This document shows, one piece after another, positions 59,357 through 64,000 of a stretch of 64,000 nucleotides of DNA; within the stretch, counting starts at the first letter, position 1, and each line of letters begins with the position of its first letter. The notes beneath the pieces are model-generated. The model worked only from the letters and a program-made list of their open reading frames with translations, did not search any database and was not told the origin of the DNA. This DNA comes from Veleropilina oligotropha. Lineage: Eukaryota. The stretch is from positions 124,001-188,000 of the forward strand of contig JBEUKZ010000111.1 in assembly GCA_048128005.1 (NCBI GenBank), written 5' to 3'. The translations under genes were made by a program, and so were the position numbers.

Positions 59357-61084
59357 TTAGGCCCCGCAGGGAGGCCTATAGTGATCACCTTTTCCGTCCG
59401 TCCGTCCGTCCGTGCGTCCGTCCGTCCTTCCGTCCGTCCGTCCGACCTGCTCATTCTTTCATTTGCTCAATCTTAAGGTTAAGGTCCCAGGTCAAAGTTT
59501 CTGCACAATCTGCTGATTTAGCAAAGTATAACTAATAGACAATAAATAAAGAAGAGTAGGTACTCAATCTTAAGGTTAAGGTCCCAGGTCAAAGTTTCTG
59601 CACAATCTGCTGATTTAGCAAAGTATAACTAATAGACAATAAATAAAGAAGAGTAGGTACTCAACTACTATTAATAGGCGTTACTTAATGGAATTTGATT
59701 CAAATTACCTTGGTTAAGGTTCCATTGGGATTAATTATTATTTTTAAATATAAACATAACTTTGGTGAAAGTCGATCACTTGTCTCTCTGTCAGACTTGC
59801 TCTAGGCTTGTAGTGTATGCTACAGGCACAGTAAGCAGTGAGACTTAAGGTGATAGTTTATGAGGTTATATACTTGTATATAGCTTCCCTGTTCGGAATA
59901 TCCAACAGCTTCTTTGATCATGCTATGATGTCGATCAAGAGTAAACTATCCCATGATCAGTGAATGTCCCAGGTTAATGTTTCATATGCTCAATCTTAAG
60001 GTTAAGATCACAGTAGAGTTTCCTTTGCCCAATCTTCTGATAAGATCCCAGGTTAAAGATTCATTTGCCCAATCTTCAGGTTAAGGTCCCAGGTCAAAGT
60101 TTCTACTTGTTTGATTTCTGAAGTTTTGCGTTTGGCTCTGTTTCTCAAAAGTATAAGATCTAGATCAAAATAACTATAGATGCTTCAAGGGTACTGATGC
60201 TAAATGAATGCTTCGGATGCTGTATATTAGTATATAACATATATTATATGGTACAATGACTTTGTCATCATAGTAATCATTAAATCTGTGTTAAGATTTT
60301 GCTTTGTTTCCATATATCTTTTCACTCGAGCATCAGTTCAACTTCAAACTTCACGTGCAAACCTTATGAGCTGAAAAAAGTGCATACATATTTTTTTTAA
60401 ATAATAATAAATTAAAAAAATTTAAAAAAAAAATTCTTTTTTATATATCAAAAAGGTTCATGAATGATTTTCATCATGTCTGTAGCAGTTATTCTGAAAA
60501 ATTAATTATGCCTTAAAGTATTTAGGATAGAAATAATGGTAATTTTTGAAGAGTTATTAAATTTATTTTGTTTATTTATCTAAATGTTATGTGTGTATGA
60601 TGAAAGGGACATGTGCTTATCTGTAAGACTTGCTCACTGCCAATAGGCAAAGTAAGCTGTGGTCACTCTGTGAAGCCGAGATTATCAAAATCTGATGTAT
60701 TTTGAAAACTGCATGGCTTCGCCCTTGGTTTATTCCATGGGTATCTTGATTTGGCAGTATATATGGCCATTAAAAGATCAGAATGTATACAGTGTCTATT
60801 ATCATTCTCCTCAATTGATCAAGGTTAGCTTAATGCATCCCGAACAATAGTTCGGAATACATTGTACTGTAGTCGATTCATTGTTTAGTCATTTAGATTG
60901 AACAGATTTCATTCAAATTTGATATGCGCATTTATGAAGTTTGATGAGGAAACGATGCTGAGTGTTTACATAAAGTTTCTTTGATCAATGATGTTTGTCG
61001 CTTTCCTCTTTTCACAATTTTTATCGTGTTGGTGATCGCTAAAGCGGGGCCTCCGTGATGGTGTTCCATCACTTTTTATCTAGT
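59357..61084 (+). mobile_element. Helentron-associated non-autonomous element (HINE/DINE-1-like)
   Basis: Sub-terminal IR AGGCCCCGC (59359) / GCGGGGCCT (61044); (CCGT)n microsatellite near the 5' end; 3' hairpin GTGATGG-TGTT-CCATCAC; CTAGT end; inserted in a TTATT stretch of the satellite. Confidence 0.8.
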
Positions 61085-64000
61085 TATTGAAATTGCTGCC
61101 TTTAATCTCTTTTCAGGACAGTGGATGATGTAGTTATGGTGATAAACATATACATGGTTGTATGTGTAAGGTAAACCAACTAATTTATTTTCAAACATGA
61201 TGGATATGTGTGTTTTGGGGAGTGTTTCTTAGCATGTTTCATGTTCCATCTTAGCATTGACTTAATTTGAATTGTTTTCCAGATTAATACATTTATTCTC
61301 CTTTTCAGGAAAATTGCTGATGCAGAAGAAACCTGTGCTTGGATTGCATGTGGACTAATTTTTAAAGAAATCTGGTTTAAATGTTTGTTTTGGTGAGGTT
61401 TCTTAGCATTTTTCATGTCCATTTTAACATTTTAGCTTCGGCAGCGCAGTCGGTAAGAGTGTCCACTTTAAATCCACTGTCTTGATTCCGCTAATGCGAA
61501 CAGGAGTGGGTTCAAGACCTGGCAGAGGCATTGACATTTGTTCAAATTATGAATCACAGTTGTCCGCGACTGGCCGAAGAGGGCGGGTTTACCCGGGCGA
61601 CCAGGGTTTCCTCCCGCGATAACACGGACATGTCCTGCCTTGAACCTCGATGTTGTAAATATACAGGACATTACGCATTATTCCTCCTCCTCCATTTTAA
61701 CAAATTTCGACCATATTACATTTTATATTCGTGAAATAGTATTCCATCTTAGAATTGACTTATTTGAATTATTACTGAAATTGATGCTTTTATTATCTTT
61801 TTAAAGACAGTCGCTGATGCAGTTAAGGTGAGAAACATGAACATGGTTGTATGTGTAAGGTAAGCCGACTAATTTATATTCAAATCTGATGTATATGTGT
61901 ATTTTGGGAGTGATTCTTAGCATGTTTCATGTTCCATCTTAGCATTGACTTAATTTGAATTGTTTTCCAAATTAATACATATAAGATCTTTTTCAGGACA
62001 GTCGCTGATGCAGAGGAAACTTCGTCCATGGATTGTATGTGTACGGTAAATGGATTAATTTTTAATCAAATCTGGTGTAAATGTTTGTTTTGGTGAGGTT
62101 TCTTAGCATGTTTCATGTCCATTTTAACAAATTTCAACCATGTCACATTTTATATTCGTGAATAGTATTTCATCCTGGCACTGATTTAATTGAATTATTA
62201 TTGAAATTTCTGCTTATATTATCTTTTCAGGACAGTCGCTGATGCAGTTAGGGTGATAAACATGAACATGATTGTATGTATAAGGTAAGCCGACTAATTT
62301 CTATTCAAATCTGATGTATATGTGTGTTTTGAGGAGTGTTTCTTATCATGTTTTATGTTCTATCTTAACATTGCCTTAGTTTGAATTGTTTTCTAAATTA
62401 ATACATTTGTTGCCCTTTTCAGGAAAGTTTGTGATGCAGAAGAAACCTGTGCATGGATTGCATGTGTAAGGTAAGTGGACTAATTTTTAATCAAGTCTGT
62501 TTTGGTGAGGTTACTTAGCATGTTTCATGTCCATTTTAAGAAATTTCAACCATATCACATTTTATATTCGTGAAATAGTATTCCATCTTATCACTGACTT
62601 ATCTGAATTATTACTGAAATTGATGCTTTTATTATCTTTTTCAGGATAGTCGCTGATGGATTTAGGGTGAGAAACAAGAACATGGTTGTATGTGTAAGTT
62701 AAACAAACTAATTTCTATTCAAATCGGGTGTATATGTGTGTTTTGGGAGTGTTAGTTTGCATGTTTCATGTTCCATCTTAGCATTGACTTAATATGAATT
62801 GTTTTTTAAATTAATACATTTAATCTCTTTTCCAGGAAAGTAGCTGATGCAGAAACCTGTGCATGGATTATATGTGTCAGGTAAATGGACTAATTTTTAA
62901 TGGAATATTGTGCAAATGTTTGTTTTGGTGAGGTTTTTAGCATGTTTGATGTCCATTTTATCAAATTTGGCCCATACCACATTTTATATTGGTGAAATAG
63001 TAATCCCTCTTAGCACTGACTTCTTTGAATTATTACTGAAATTTAGTCTTTTATTATCTTTTTCAGGACAATCGCTGATGCAGTCAGGGTGAGAAATATG
63101 TACATGGTTGTATCTGTAGGGTAAAATGACTAATGTCTATTCAAATCTGACGTATATGTGTGTTTTGTGGAGGTTTCTTAGCATATTTCATGTTCCATCT
63201 TAGCATTGACTTAATTTGAATTGTTTTCTAAATTAATACATTTATTCCCTTTTTCAGGAAAGATGTTGATGCATAAAAAACTAAGCATGGATTGGATGTG
63301 TAAGGTAAATGGACTAATTTTTAATCAAATGAAGTGTAAATGTTTGTTTTGGTGAGGTTTCTAAGCATATTTCTTTTCCATTTTAACAAATTATTTGAAT
63401 TATTATTGAAATTGATGCTTTTATTATCTTTTTCAGGACAGTACCTGATGAAGTTACGGTGAGAAACATGAACATGGTTGTATGTGTAGTGTAAGCGGAT
63501 TAATTTATCTGAAATCTGATGTATATGTGTGTTTTGTGAGGTGTTTATTAGCATGTTTTATGTTCCATCTTAGCATTGACTTAATTTGAATTGTTTTCTA
63601 AATTAACACATTTTTTCCTTTTTTCAGGAAAGTTGCTGATGCAGGAGAAACCTGTGCATGGATTGTATGTGTAAGGTAAGTGGACTAATTTTTAATAAAG
63701 TTTGTTTTGGTGAGGTTATTTAGCATGTTTCATGTCCATTTTAATTTCGACCATATCACATTTTATATTCGTGAAATAGTATTCCATCTTAGCACTTATT
63801 TTAATTATTAATTGAAATGGATGCTTTTAATATCTTTTTAGGACAGTCGCTGATGCATTTAGGCTGAAAAACATCTATATGGCTGTATGTGTAATGTAAG
63901 CCGACTTATTTCTGTTCAAATCTGATATATATGTGCATGTTTCATATTCCATCTTAGCATTGACTTAATTTGAATTGTTTACTAAATTAATACATTTATT

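Larger units (their letters stand above)
44515..64000 (+). repeat. Large complex satellite of alternating subunits with embedded SINE copies; interrupted by TEs and running off the window end
   Basis: Dozens of recurrences of CATTGACTTAATTTGAATTGTTTTCTAAATTAATACA and TTTCAGGAAAG...TGTAAGGTAA. Confidence 0.95.

Overview
AT-rich, repeat-dense animal (probably marine invertebrate) genomic DNA. No host protein-coding gene can be called confidently. The main feature is a complete, GC-rich, ~16.2-kb endogenous Polinton/Maverick-like DNA virus at 10348-26553. It has ~140-bp TIRs starting AGCAGCAG and a 5-bp TSD (CGCCT), and it has inserted into the 3' end of a CxxH-type DDE transposase gene that carries a Spin/Ssty-like C-terminus. 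The element encodes candidate major and minor capsid proteins, an A32-like packaging ATPase, an rve integrase, several membrane proteins, a PSAP/LYPxL protein, a secreted Cys-rich protein and a 49-aa H1-like (PAKA)n peptide. No adenain protease is recognisable. Its replicase is unusual: HeH/Rho-N, OTU-like, a compact PolB palm with no evident exonuclease, an SF1 helicase and a His-Me/HNH nuclease, apparently in one polyprotein. The rest of the window holds a Crypton-like YR fragment, an L2/CR1 endonuclease fragment, a decayed DIRS retroelement between inverted repeats, Tc1 derivatives, SINEs and a HINE/Helentron-like element. It also holds a 5.7-kb palindromic IS3EU-like element nested in a TIR element, with a SMART/PacBio adapter at its centre. 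A ~19-kb complex satellite is built of alternating 48/54-nt exon-like units. All family assignments come from motif recognition, not database searches.
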